DNA of 64,000 nt from an uncultured Collinsella sp. (GTDB taxonomy: Bacteria; Actinomycetota; Coriobacteriia; Coriobacteriales; Coriobacteriaceae): NCBI GenBank assembly GCA_900541675.1, contig UQKU01000007.1:890-64889 (forward strand). The letters are read 5' to 3'. The notes under the pieces were generated by a model. The model was given only the letters and a program-made list of their open reading frames with translations. It had not been told where the DNA came from and made no database searches. Positions 9,333 to 20,581 of the stretch are shown here, piece by piece. Both the position numbers and the translations under genes were made by a program. The stretch's first letter is position 1; the number at the start of each line of letters is the position of its first letter.

Positions 9333-10523
9333 GTGCAATATCGCGTTGACCCCAAAAGCAGTAACCGTATCTCGGCGTTGGGGCTGGGCTGCATGAGGTT
9401 TCCCGGTGCGCCGGGACGCCCGGATGCGAAGACAGCCGACGCCATCATCTCCCGTGCGGTGGAGCAGGGGATTAACTACCTGGACACGGCCTATCTCTAT
9501 CCCGGCAACGAGGCTTGCGTGGGCGCTTCGCTTGAGCGCCTAGGCCTACGCGACCAGGTTTTGCTCGCGACCAAGCTGCCGCATGCTTCGTGCAAATGCG
9601 CGGAGGATTTCGACCGGTTCTTCGACGAGCAACTGTGCCGCCTGCGGACCGACCATATCGACTATTACCTCATGCACAACATTACCTCGCCCGCCCAGTG
9701 GGAACGTGTGGTGGCGTTGGGCATCGAGGACTGGATCGCGCGTCAAAAGGCGGCGGGGCGCATTCGCCAGATTGGTTTTTCGTATCACGGCAGCGCGGCG
9801 GATTTCCTGACGGTGCTTGACGCATATGACTGGGATTTTTGCCAGATCCAGTACAACTATGCCGGCGAGCGTTACCAAGCGGGAACGGCAGGACTCATGG
9901 CGGCTGCGGAGCGCGGTCTTGCGGTGTTTGTGATGGAGCCACTGCTGGGCGGTCGTCTAGCGGGCAAACTGCCGCCGCGGGCACGCGCTGTGCTCGATGG
10001 CGCCCGTGACCCGCATTTGCGCACTCCGGCCGCCTGGGGGCTTTCGTGGGTGTGGAACCATCCTCAGGTGACGATGCTGCTTTCGGGTATGACCGATACC
10101 GCGCAAGTGGATGAGAACGCGGCGTTGGCCGATCGGGCCCTGCCGGATTCGATGACGGCTGCTCAGCTCGATGCCATCGCACGCGTGCTGAGGGAGTTTG
10201 AAAAATCGAATCGCGTGCCCTGCACGGGATGCGGCTATTGCATGCCGTGTCCTAAAGGCATCAATATCCCTGGGTGTTTTGCTGCCTACAACGCAAGCTA
10301 TGCGCACAGCTGGTTTACGGGGCTGTCTCAATACTTTACGGCGAGCGCGGTGCGGACGAACGAGCCCAAGCTGGTGAGCAATTGCGTCAAGTGCGGCAAA
10401 TGCGCGCGGCATTGCCCACAGCATATCGATATCCCCGGGCGCTTGGACGACGTACGCCGCCGTTTTCAGCCTGGCCCCGTGACGGCGGTGCTTAAGGCCT
10501 TCGGCAAAACGCGCTCCTCGTGA
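9333..10523 (+). CDS. Aldo/keto reductase with C-terminal 4Fe-4S domain
   Basis: LGLGCMRFP, YLDTAYLY, LATKLP, CTGCGYCMPCP, CVKCGKCARHCPQ. Confidence 0.92.
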   Translation: MQYRVDPKSSNRISALGLGCMRFPGAPGRPDAKTADAIISRAVEQGINYLDTAYLYPGNEACVGASLERLGLRDQVLLATKLPHASCKCAEDFDRFFDEQLCRLRTDHIDYYLMHNITSPAQWERVVALGIEDWIARQKAAGRIRQIGFSYHGSAADFLTVLDAYDWDFCQIQYNYAGERYQAGTAGLMAAAERGLAVFVMEPLLGGRLAGKLPPRARAVLDGARDPHLRTPAAWGLSWVWNHPQVTMLLSGMTDTAQVDENAALADRALPDSMTAAQLDAIARVLREFEKSNRVPCTGCGYCMPCPKGINIPGCFAAYNASYAHSWFTGLSQYFTASAVRTNEPKLVSNCVKCGKCARHCPQHIDIPGRLDDVRRRFQPGPVTAVLKAFGKTRSS

Positions 10524-10602
10524 CCCTTTTATAACTTGCGGTGGAATAGTTCCTGCTTGCGGCAGAATAAGGCATCGACAGGAACTATTTCACCGCAACT
10601 GA
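10524..10602. repeat. 79-bp palindromic intergenic repeat, copy 1
   Basis: TTGCGGTGGAATAGTTCCTG...CAGGAACTATTTCACCGCAA stem; one mismatch to the copy at 11711-11789. Confidence 0.9.
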
Positions 10603-10613
10603 AGGGGGCTGTC

Positions 10614-11633
10614 GTGGGCCATCGGGATTCATGTGATGATTTGCGTGAGGTTCGTTGGGGCGTTTTGGGCGCTGGACACATTTCGCATCGATTTGCATCG
10701 TCGCTCAAGAAGGTCGACGGGGCACGGCTGGTGGCTGCGGCCGGCCGCACTCCTGCACATGTCGAGGAATTTTGCCGAGCGTTTTCGATTGATGTTGCGC
10801 ATGGCCATGCCTCGGTCGACGATAACGGCGATGCGGCTTATGATGCGCTGATTGCCGACCCCGATGTCGACGCAATCTACTTGGCTCTTCCGCATGGCAT
10901 GCATGCGCATTGGGTCTGTCGGGCACTGCGCGCGGGAAAGGCCGTACTGTGCGAAAAGCCGGCCGTTTTGAATGAAGAAGAGGCCCATGCGATCGCCTCC
11001 GTTTCCCGTGAGTGCGGTGTGCCGTTTATGGAGGCGATGAAAAATCGGTTTTGTCCGATGCGTACTCGCGTGAAGGGCTTGCTTGCGTCGGGCGAGCTCG
11101 GCCGTATCGTTTCGATCGAAAGCGTGCAAAAACTCGATTATGGTGAGTCCCCTTCGAGTTATCTACTCGGTCCGTTGCAGGGTGGCTGTCTATATGACAT
11201 GGGCTGCTATGCAGTCGGGTGGTTTGAGGATCTGCTTGCGGGCGCGTGCGATGTTTCGTCTCGTGAAGTTCGCTGGCGTGACGTATCGGGCGGCCGCGTG
11301 GATTGGGCCGATGAGATCCATATGAGTGTCGGCGGTATACCCATTCATATGGCGTGTGACGGCAAAGCAGCATATGAAAGCCGCTTAATGATTGCCTGCG
11401 AGCGGGGCTCGTTGGAAATCGAGCGCCTCCATCGCCCCGAGCTCGCCCATGTGAGGTACTCCGACGGACGAATGCTCGAAGTAAATGCCCCGTTTGAGGT
11501 CGATGATTTCTACGGCGAAATCCAGCATGCGACCCAGCTCATCCGGGCGGGGAAACTCGAGAGTCCCGTCATGCCCCTTGCCGCCACACAGCGCTGCGCG
11601 CGCATTATCGATGCAATCCGTCTAGCCCTCTAG
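10614..11633 (+). CDS. Gfo/Idh/MocA family oxidoreductase
   Basis: WGVLGAGHIS, DAIYLALPHGMH, AVLCEKP, GCLYDMGCY; start approximate (GTG after GGGGG). Confidence 0.88.
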   Translation: MGHRDSCDDLREVRWGVLGAGHISHRFASSLKKVDGARLVAAAGRTPAHVEEFCRAFSIDVAHGHASVDDNGDAAYDALIADPDVDAIYLALPHGMHAHWVCRALRAGKAVLCEKPAVLNEEEAHAIASVSRECGVPFMEAMKNRFCPMRTRVKGLLASGELGRIVSIESVQKLDYGESPSSYLLGPLQGGCLYDMGCYAVGWFEDLLAGACDVSSREVRWRDVSGGRVDWADEIHMSVGGIPIHMACDGKAAYESRLMIACERGSLEIERLHRPELAHVRYSDGRMLEVNAPFEVDDFYGEIQHATQLIRAGKLESPVMPLAATQRCARIIDAIRLAL

Positions 11634-11710
11634 GACCTGGCGCTGACGCGTGAGGGATCATGACGCCGGCGCCCGTAGCCGTAGTGCTTGGTGCCCCGCA
11701 TCTCTGATGC

Positions 11711-11789
11711 CCCTTTTATAACTTGCGGTGGAATAGTTCCTGTTTGCGGCAGAATAAGGCATCGACAGGAACTATTTCACCGCAACTGA
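11711..11789. repeat. 79-bp palindromic intergenic repeat, copy 2
   Basis: Direct repeat of 10524-10602. Confidence 0.9.
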
Positions 11790-11805
11790 TGAGGGGGAGC
11801 TGGGG

Positions 11806-12672
11806 ATGCTGACGATCGGGTGTCATCTATCCACGACGAAGGGCTATCGGGCGATGGGGGAGACGGCGTTGTCAATTGGCGCCAATACCTTTGCATTCTT
11901 TACACGCAACCCGCGCGGCGGCAAGGCGAAAGACCTTGACATGGATGACGTGGCCGCCCTGCGCGAGCTTATGGAACAGAACGATTTTGGCCCGCTTGTG
12001 GCTCATGCCCCGTATACCTATAACCCTTGCTCGGCCAAAGAGCGGGCGCGCGAGTTTGCCTTGGAGGCCATGGCGGAGGACCTGCGGCGCATGGAAGCGC
12101 TGCCCGGCAACTACTACAACTTCCATCCCGGTGCGCATGTGGGGCAGGGCTCCGACGCCGGCATTCAGATGATCGTCGACACCCTGTGCCAGGTGATGTT
12201 TGAGGGCCAACAGACGACGGTGCTGCTCGAGACCATGGCCGGCAAGGGCACCGAGGTGGGCCGCAGCTTTGAGGAACTGGCACTCATCATCCAGGGCGTT
12301 GCCGACAAGTGCCCCGAGCTGTCGGCCAAGTTGGGCGTTTGCTTGGACACCTGCCATGTGAATGACGCCGGCTACGACATCGTCCACGATCTTGAAGGCG
12401 TGCTCGACGAGTTCGATCGTGTGGTGGGTATCGAGCGCCTGCGCGCCGTGCATATCAATGACTCCAAGAACCCCTGCGGCGCCCATAAGGACCGCCACGA
12501 ATGCATCGGTAAGGGCTACCTGGGTAGCGAAGAGTTTGGCGGCGGTATGCAGGTTATGCAGAATATTGTATCGAATGGCCGCTTGCGCGCATTGCCATTC
12601 ATTTTGGAGACACCGAACGAACTTGCAGGTTATGCGGCTGAAATCAAATTGTTAAGGTCATTGCAGCAGTGA
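11806..12672 (+). CDS. nfo: Endonuclease IV (AP endonuclease)
   Basis: [44 protein letters not shown]. Confidence 0.95.
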   Translation: MLTIGCHLSTTKGYRAMGETALSIGANTFAFFTRNPRGGKAKDLDMDDVAALRELMEQNDFGPLVAHAPYTYNPCSAKERAREFALEAMAEDLRRMEALPGNYYNFHPGAHVGQGSDAGIQMIVDTLCQVMFEGQQTTVLLETMAGKGTEVGRSFEELALIIQGVADKCPELSAKLGVCLDTCHVNDAGYDIVHDLEGVLDEFDRVVGIERLRAVHINDSKNPCGAHKDRHECIGKGYLGSEEFGGGMQVMQNIVSNGRLRALPFILETPNELAGYAAEIKLLRSLQQ

Positions 12673-12819
12673 TGACTGTCATAAAGTGGAGTGCTCCATT
12701 CACGTTATGGGTTTGTTTCAATCAGTTTTCTAATTGCGGATTCTTCCAAGCGGGTGCATAATAACCCTCAGTTTTTGCAGACCCCTGAATCACGTGGGGT
12801 CATTGGAAGGAGACTGATT

Positions 12820-13680
12820 ATGAAGCTGAAGAAGCTTGGCGCATTTGCCGCCACGGGTGCTATGGCGCTCGCCCTTGCTCTGACGGGCTGCGGCTCGTCC
12901 AACGCCACCTCTGGTTCTGATGCCAGTTCCAGCAGCTCTGACGACGCTAAGGTCGAGAAGGTCGACGGTTCCAAGGAGTACGCGCTCGTCAAGGACGGTA
13001 CGCTGACCGTCGGCACCTCTGCCGAGTACGCTCCGTTTGAGTACAAGGATGACAATGGCGACTACCAGGGCTTTGACCTTGAACTCATTAAGGCTATCGG
13101 CGATAAGCTGGGTCTGGATGTCGAGTATGTCAACAATGATTTTGACACGCTCGTCCCCGGCGTTGCTTCGGGCGCCAAGTACGACGTCGCCATCGCGGCT
13201 ATCACCGACACGCCCGAGCGTGAGAAGGAAGTCACTTTCTCCGATTCCTACTACATGGACGATCAGGCTATCGTGACCAAGGTCGATAACACCGATATCA
13301 CGGCCGACAACTTCAGCGAGAAGCTCAACAACGCCGACGCTACCATCATCGTCCAGTCTGGCTCGACCGCCGAGGCCTTTGCCCAGGAGAACTTCCCCAA
13401 GGCCAAGATTGTCCCCTACAAGGACGCCACCGAGTGCTTCAGCGCCCTGCAGTCCGATAAGGGCGACGCCGTAGTCACCAACCGCTCCGTTGCCAGCCAG
13501 CTGACCGCCGAGCAGTTCAACACCTGCCAGACCATCAAGCAGGTCAGCACCGGCGAGGAGTACGCCATCGCCATCAACCAGGGCAACACCAAGCTCAAGG
13601 ACGACATCAACCAGGCCATCAAGGACCTGACTGACGACGGTACCGTCGACGCCCTCATGGCTAAGTACAACATCAAGTAA
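12820..13680 (+). CDS. Polar amino acid ABC transporter substrate-binding lipoprotein
   Basis: Lipobox LTGC; VGTSAEYAPFEY, GFDLEL, FSDSYY. Confidence 0.92.
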   Translation: MKLKKLGAFAATGAMALALALTGCGSSNATSGSDASSSSSDDAKVEKVDGSKEYALVKDGTLTVGTSAEYAPFEYKDDNGDYQGFDLELIKAIGDKLGLDVEYVNNDFDTLVPGVASGAKYDVAIAAITDTPEREKEVTFSDSYYMDDQAIVTKVDNTDITADNFSEKLNNADATIIVQSGSTAEAFAQENFPKAKIVPYKDATECFSALQSDKGDAVVTNRSVASQLTAEQFNTCQTIKQVSTGEEYAIAINQGNTKLKDDINQAIKDLTDDGTVDALMAKYNIK

Positions 13681-13798
13681 AATAGCTACTTGATTGCGCG
13701 CGGGCCCTTTCCGTTTTGGCGGAGAGGGCCTTTGGGCTTCTCTTGACGGAGAGTGTTTCCGTCTCGTTTTGCCGGCAACTTCTACGATAGGAGCCACC

Positions 13799-15160
13799 TT
13801 GTCTCGACTGAACAAAGGGGCTGCGGAGCAGCGTTTTCCACTGCCCGCCTTGCTCCAAAAGCTAGCCTGCGCCATGGCCGTGGCGCTCGCGCTGGTGTGC
13901 GTGGGGGCATATGCGCCCACGACCGCCCAGGCGCTTGAGACCGCAAAGATTACCGCCCGACCCAACACCGGTTCGGGCAGCGCTGTGGTCGGCGGCACCG
14001 AGACGCGCATTACCTGGGAAGTTCAGGCCGATGCCGACGAGGAGCTGAGCGGTCTTTCTCTGACGTTTGTCGACGGCACAACGTTTGGTACCGATGACAC
14101 GCGATTGACGATGCTCTCGGGCGAGGACCTCATGGATCGTACGCCCATGAAGCCCACGTGCAAGGCTGACGGCCAGACGCTCAAGATTGACTTTGGCGAG
14201 ACGGCGCCTGCCGGCGGCTTTTTCCGTGTCGAGGTTTACGGCGTGACGTTCCCCGTCGAGGGCGGCGATGAGGCCTTTAGCGGAACCTATACGCTCGCCG
14301 ACGGTTCGACCAAGAAGATTTCCAAGATTCCTTCCGTCGAGATTAAGGGCGTGACGGCGTTCGATAACTTCCTGGCCGACCTTAAGGAACAGCCGTGGGT
14401 CGAGGCATGGAATTCCAACATGTTCCTTCGCCTGTTCCTGAACCCGGTCATTTTGGTCCAGAGCCTGCCGATCGTCTTCAAGGGCTTCCTTATGTCGCTC
14501 TCGATCGTGCTCGTGGCGTTTCCGCTGGCGATCCCCTTTGGCTTTGCCCTGTCGCTTATGCGCATATCCAAATCGCGCATCCTGCGTTGCCTTGCCGGCA
14601 TCTACGTGAATGTCATCCGCGGTACGCCGGCGTTCCTGCAGATCTATATTGCATTCTTTGGCCTGCCGCTTGCCGGCGTCAAGGTGGACGACTATGTCTT
14701 GGGCGTTATCGTCATGGCCATGAACTCGTCTGCGTATCTGTGCGAGATTTTCCGTGCCGGTATTCAATCGATCCCCAAGGGCCAGAACGAGGCCGCTCGT
14801 TCGCTGGGTATGAATGCCTTCCAGACGCTGCTCTACGTTATGATTCCGCAGACGTTCCGCAATGTCCTGCCTACGCTGACCAGCGAGTTTATCCTGCTCT
14901 ACAAGGATACGTCGCTGCTCGCCGCCGTGGGCGTGGTCGAGATCGTCATGAACGCCCGCACCATCGTGGCAACGACGGGCTCCATTACGCCGTATGTGGT
15001 TGCCGCCCTGTTCTATCTGGTCATTACCCTGCCGCTTGCGCGCTTGGTGAGCGGTCTTGAGGCGAGGCTGCTGGGTACGGCCGAAACCAAAAAGAAGCGT
15101 CCCACCAAGAGCGCCGGACAGGTTGTCGCGACGCCCGCCGACCATATCGCTGGTCTGTAA
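13799..15160 (+). CDS. Polar amino acid ABC permease with extra N-terminal extracytoplasmic domain
   Basis: C-terminal IRGTP and EAARSLG (EAA) motifs; signal peptide and ~170-aa beta-rich domain at N-terminus; TTG start after AGGAG. Confidence 0.88.
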   Translation: MSRLNKGAAEQRFPLPALLQKLACAMAVALALVCVGAYAPTTAQALETAKITARPNTGSGSAVVGGTETRITWEVQADADEELSGLSLTFVDGTTFGTDDTRLTMLSGEDLMDRTPMKPTCKADGQTLKIDFGETAPAGGFFRVEVYGVTFPVEGGDEAFSGTYTLADGSTKKISKIPSVEIKGVTAFDNFLADLKEQPWVEAWNSNMFLRLFLNPVILVQSLPIVFKGFLMSLSIVLVAFPLAIPFGFALSLMRISKSRILRCLAGIYVNVIRGTPAFLQIYIAFFGLPLAGVKVDDYVLGVIVMAMNSSAYLCEIFRAGIQSIPKGQNEAARSLGMNAFQTLLYVMIPQTFRNVLPTLTSEFILLYKDTSLLAAVGVVEIVMNARTIVATTGSITPYVVAALFYLVITLPLARLVSGLEARLLGTAETKKKRPTKSAGQVVATPADHIAGL

Positions 15161-15172
15161 GGAGGTTCTATT

Positions 15173-15925
<753 letters not shown>

Positions 15926-15950
15926 CCGCTTTATATGACTGACACAGCAG

Positions 15951-15986
15951 AAAACGGGAGCCGGATGTGATCCGGCTCCCGTTTTT
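15951..15986. terminator. Bidirectional intrinsic terminator
   Basis: AAAACGGGAGCCGGAT-GTG-ATCCGGCTCCCGTTTT between convergent genes. Confidence 0.85.
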
Positions 15987-16042
15987 GTTGGGACGCGAAT
16001 GTGTTTTGGTGCAGAGCGCGTTACGGGCGGAGCTCATTGCAG

Positions 16043-16462
16043 CTAGGCGAGCTCGGCTCCAAGGGCGCGGCAGGCCGCCTCGCCCTCATCGTCGGGGGCG
16101 TCGTAACAGATGACGGAGTCGACCACGTTGACGCCTGCCTCGTCGGCGTCCGCCTTCCAATTGTCCATCCATTCGCCTTCGGCCCACGAATAAGAGCCAA
16201 AGAGGACGACCTTCTTGTCGCCGAGGGTCTCCTTGACTTCGTCCCACATCGGTTGGAACTCATCGTATTCAAGCTCCTCGGAGCCCATGGCGGGGCAACC
16301 GAAGGCGAAGGCATCATAGTCGGCGGCCCTGTCGGCAGAGAAGTCGGCGCAGGGGATGACTTCGGCCTCGGCGCCCGCGGACGTGGTGCCCTCGGCAACG
16401 AGGTTTGCCATGGCCTCGGTGTTGCCCGTGCCGCTCCAGTAGACGACGGCGATCTTGCTCAT
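16043..16462 (-). CDS. Flavodoxin (short chain)
   Basis: VYWSGTGNTEAMA, FGCPAMG, FGSYSW. Confidence 0.93.
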   Translation of the reverse strand: MSKIAVVYWSGTGNTEAMANLVAEGTTSAGAEAEVIPCADFSADRAADYDAFAFGCPAMGSEELEYDEFQPMWDEVKETLGDKKVVLFGSYSWAEGEWMDNWKADADEAGVNVVDSVICYDAPDDEGEAACRALGAELA

Positions 16463-16508
16463 GTTGAGTCCTTTCGGTTGTGCGGCGTGCGGTCGCGGTT
16501 TGTACGTT

Positions 16509-17213
16509 CTATCGGGTCGCCTGGGCAAGTTGCGCCAAGCTGCAGCCCTGCTGATAGATAAAGGTGAGGTGTTGGGTGCAGGCACGGTACGCATCAAACG
16601 TCGCAAGCGCCTGCTCGACATTCGTATAGACCTTCCAGGCTCCAAAGATCTTGTAGTTCTCGCCACGCTGAGCGATGAACTCGTATACGTCGTCGCAGGG
16701 GTACCCCAGGAAGTAGCCAATCTCGTGTGGAAATTCGCAGGCGCAGTCGTTGTTGCAGCAGGCTTGCTGATCCAGTGCGCATCGAGTCTGGCCGCAGGCG
16801 CATTCCGCGGCGTTATTGCTCGCGAGCGTGATGCGTGATGCCAGGTGCACAAGACATGCCGAGAGGTTGCCGGTGTCGTAGCCCTTCTTGGCGAGTGCCG
16901 TTTTGGCGCGCGGGTCAGCAAGGTAAGTGGCGAGGCTATTGGGCCGATATGCGTATACGAGCGCCCCGCAGGGGCGCCAGACCAAAACGCTCAGATGGAT
17001 ACCGAACGGATTAAGCTCGCGGTTGCACCGGGCGATAACGTTGAGCAGGCGTGCTCGGCGATCCTCGATCGCCGCAGTTACGCTTGAGCCGTCTTGATCG
17101 GCATAGACTCCTGGATAGGTAAAGAGCGATGCCGGTTTGATGCCCGCGAGCGTGGGGGAGCAGTTGCGCACGACTGCCGCCTGAAACGTTGGGATGTCTA
17201 TGGTTCGAGTCAC
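16509..17213 (-). CDS. DUF3793 family protein
   Basis: CSPTLAGIKPASLF, FPHEIGYFLGYP, GAWKVY; usual partner of flavodoxin. Confidence 0.85.
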   Translation of the reverse strand: MTRTIDIPTFQAAVVRNCSPTLAGIKPASLFTYPGVYADQDGSSVTAAIEDRRARLLNVIARCNRELNPFGIHLSVLVWRPCGALVYAYRPNSLATYLADPRAKTALAKKGYDTGNLSACLVHLASRITLASNNAAECACGQTRCALDQQACCNNDCACEFPHEIGYFLGYPCDDVYEFIAQRGENYKIFGAWKVYTNVEQALATFDAYRACTQHLTFIYQQGCSLAQLAQATR

Positions 17214-17236
17214 GACGCTCCTTACGGATCTAAACT

Positions 17237-17302
17237 GTTAGCCTAGGAAAACTTATACACGAAAGTAAGCCTTGGTCAACTAAAAAGTTTGAAGAGGGAA
17301 AC
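17237..17302. promoter_or_regulatory. Tandem DtxR/IdeR-like metal-repressor boxes
   Basis: GTTAGCCTAGGAAAAC (17237), GTAAGCCTTGGTCAAC (17265), weaker GTTTGAAGAGGGAAAC (17287) upstream of DUF3793-flavodoxin. Confidence 0.5.
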
Positions 17303-17341
17303 TAATTGACCGAACGGACATGATTTTGGGTTAAGATGGGA

Positions 17342-17358
17342 ACACCCCATGGGGGTAT
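17342..17358. promoter_or_regulatory. Putative CsoR operator
   Basis: ACACCCCATGGGGGTAT: C-tract/G-tract dyad upstream of an HMA gene. Confidence 0.65.
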
Positions 17359-17387
17359 CTAGATAGGGCTACTTGAAAGGGGAACGC

Positions 17388-17771
17388 ATGAGTGACTTGC
17401 TCAACCCTGCGAATCTCATCGTGCTGGCCGTCATTGCCGTCGGCATGTTTTTTGGGCTGCGTCGCATTGCGGCGTCGACGCATGGAAAGAGCTGTTGCAG
17501 TGATGGCGCGAGCGGCAAGAAAGCCAAGAAGGTTGTGGTGGCAGACACCGACGAGTCCCACTATCCCTATAGCGATGAGCTGCTCATCGGCGGCATGAGC
17601 TGTGACGGCTGCGCTCAGAACGTAGCCAATGCCCTCAATGCACTGGACGGCGTGTGGGCTACGGTGACGTATGCGGACCACACAGCACGCGTACGCTCGA
17701 AGCTCCCGGTTGATCGCGACACACTCGAGACGGCGGTGAGGGGCGCGGGCTATTACGTTATGAAAATGTAG
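17388..17771 (+). CDS. Membrane-anchored heavy-metal-associated (CopZ-like) protein
   Basis: N-terminal TM, SCC motif, GMSCDGC HMA motif. Confidence 0.88.
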   Translation: MSDLLNPANLIVLAVIAVGMFFGLRRIAASTHGKSCCSDGASGKKAKKVVVADTDESHYPYSDELLIGGMSCDGCAQNVANALNALDGVWATVTYADHTARVRSKLPVDRDTLETAVRGAGYYVMKM

Positions 17772-18043
17772 GCGTTGCCTCTCCGGTGGATACCGGCCTC
17801 CTGCTCATTGCGACTATCGACATCCAAAAATTTGCGTAAAAAATAACCTTTAGATGCGGTAAAAGTGGAGTTTGGTGACGGTTTGCGCGGAATTCGCTAC
17901 CAATCGAGCATCTATTAACCCGTCCAAAAAATTACAGGTGTATATTTATACGCTGATTATTGCTGTGCTCAGATTGCAATTAACCGTGGACAGAAATGAA
18001 GAATGCTAAAGCTGGGCTTTAGGACAGGGGAGGTTATAGCCTT

Positions 18044-20581
18044 ATGAGACGAGTGGGAGCACTTGGCTTGGTGGCAGCGCTTGCCGCTATCTTGGTATCG
18101 CCGCTGCCGGCGCATGCCGAAGACGCTTCGGGTGCCGTTACCTACAATGCGGGAAATGGATATTCCTTTGAGAAGCTCTCGCATCCTACGGTAGGAACGT
18201 CGCAGCCGGATGGTATCGTCGACTACCAGGGTAACGGTGCCGTTGCCGTTCCGGGCGCCGATGGTAACACGGCCAACAACGAAGGCGATCGCGGCCAGAG
18301 CTACACTTGGGCGGCTGCGAGCTATGGTGACTGGCTTTATGTGGGCACCTGCTATGCGGCGATGGGCAACACACTGACGCTCATGAACGGCACGCTGGGC
18401 GATTCCTTTGATGCCGAGACCATGCGCCTGACGCTGGAGGCCATGTTTAACGGCACGTTCTTCTATGGACAGCAGAAGGAGGACGGCACGGCCGACAAGG
18501 ACAGCGGCGGCATCTTGGTTAAGATCAATACCAAGACCGGTGAGACCAAGCTGCTACTCTCTGAATCGCTCAACGGCGTCGGTCCTTTGTTCCGCAATGC
18601 CGTGAGCTATAAGGGTAAGCTCTATTTCTGCGGCAGCGTCAGGACCAATGGCGGCAAAAGCGGCCTGCCTGCTGTATATGAGATCGATCCTAAGACGGAT
18701 GATTGGAAAGTTGTCTATCAGGGCCTTTCGAGCGCGGACGATTACCGCGATGCCTACAAGCAGGGCATTTCTACCGGTATCCGCGGCATGTGCGTCCATG
18801 ATGGCCAGCTCGTCATCAGTAATGTGGGTAAAGACGCGAACGGTAATTTTGTGTCGACAATCCTGACGTCGTCTGACCCCTCGAAGGGCCAGGACAGCTT
18901 CACCGAGATTGCCAACTCGGGCACGCTGTTTAACTATCCGGCGATTCGCTATAAGGACAGCATCTACGGCGGTGCCATTTGGGATATGGTCTCGTACAAT
19001 GGTCATCTCTATGCCACCATCTGCACCGGTACGCCCGAGAACGCTCCCGATGATAATTCCATGCAGTCGTTCGCCATGGTCCGTGGCGACAAGAACGCCG
19101 ACGGCAGCTATGAGTGGACTCCCATTGTTGGCGATAAGGCGGACGGTGCAAAGTACTGCTTTGGCATCGATCCTGCCCGCACCCGTTCTGGTGCTGCCAA
19201 CCTCATCGTCTACAACGACTACCTCTATATCGGTGAATACAACGACGAGGAGATTGCTCTCGAGCGCATCCTGTTCAACAAGTCCAACACCGAAGAGGGC
19301 GGCAAGAGCGGCATGGGCGGCGTTGACTGCTCGTTTGTGAATGCCAATCTTGAGCAGTCGGTCAACATCTATCGCATGGACAAGAACGAGAACATGGAGC
19401 TCGTCGTTGGCGATCCCACCGAGATGTTCTCCGAGAAGAATGGCAACGGCCCTCTTTCCGGCCTGGCTTCGGGCTTTGGCTGAAACGAGAACCAGTACAT
19501 TTGGCGCATGCAGAAGTTCGACGGCAAGCTGTATATCGGTACCTTTGATACCGCGAGCCTGCTCGAGCCGATCGGCCAGTTCTCCAATGGCGACATTATC
19601 GATATGACGCCCGAGGAGTGGAACTCTCAGGTTCAGCGCCTTAGGGACCTGCTCGATCACCTGCTCGACAAGAAATCGCCTGACGACCCCATCGTTCCCG
19701 TGAACACGCTTGCGGACGATGATTCAAACGAGGCCGTCGAGGTCGATGACGAGAAGGCTGAGGCCGTCGAGGCCGATGACGAGAAGACCGAGGTCGCTAA
19801 GGGCTTTGGCGACCTGAGCGATGCGCTGGAGGATGCCGCGGGCGACCTTTGCGATCAGGCCGCGACGATGTCCCAGGACGTTGAGGACGACGCCGCTTAC
19901 GTCCAGAAGATCGATGGCGAGATCGCGTACTTCAAGTCCTTTGCCGACCAGTATCAGGACATGCTCGATAGCTATGAGAGCCTGAAGCAGCAGTACGAGG
20001 ATGCCTATGGCACCGAGCTGCCGGGCGATATTCAGGATGCGCTCGATAAGCTGCTGAGTAAGGAGAACCTCAAGAAACTGCAGAGTGTCCTTACGTGCAT
20101 GTCTTACCTTCGCAATGCCGAGCGTGGCTTTGATATGTATGTGACCGAGGACGGCGTGAACTTTACGACGCTGACGACCAATGGCTTTAACGATCCGTAT
20201 AACCATGGTCTGCGCACCTTTGCGGTGACCAACCAGGGTCTGTGCCTCGGTACCGCCAACCCGTTCAATGGCTGCCAGGTTTGGATCCAGCGCAAGGAGA
20301 ATTCTGAGAATCCGATTGATCCCGGTACTCCGGATCCGACGGAACCCACCAATCCTTCGCAGCCGGGTGGCGGCGATCAGCCTGGTGGCAGCCAGACGGG
20401 CGGCAACGGCCAGTCGAGCAGCACCACGACGACCGTTTCGACGACCACTAAGAAGACTCCGAAGGACGGCTCGCTGCCTCACGCTGGCGACTCGACCCTC
20501 ACGCTGGTCTTGGGATTGCTGGTTGCAGCTGCCGCAGTGCTTGGCATTGCTCTCGTCTTGCGCAAGCGTTCTCGTCGCTAG
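18044..20581 (+). pseudogene. Sortase-anchored surface protein (beta-propeller-like repeats) interrupted by in-frame TGA at 19481-19483
   Basis: Signal peptide (AHA); same frame continues GFG*NENQYIWRMQ; C-terminal LPHAG, TM, RKRSRR tail. Confidence 0.8.

Noticed and set aside
10524..11789. CRISPR array or integron attC interpretation of the 79-bp repeats
   Set aside because: Only two copies 1.2 kb apart, no cas or integrase gene, and no convincing attC end motifs.
19481..19483. Selenocysteine recoding of the TGA
   Set aside because: No redox motif context and no evident SECIS hairpin; a nonsense change is simpler.
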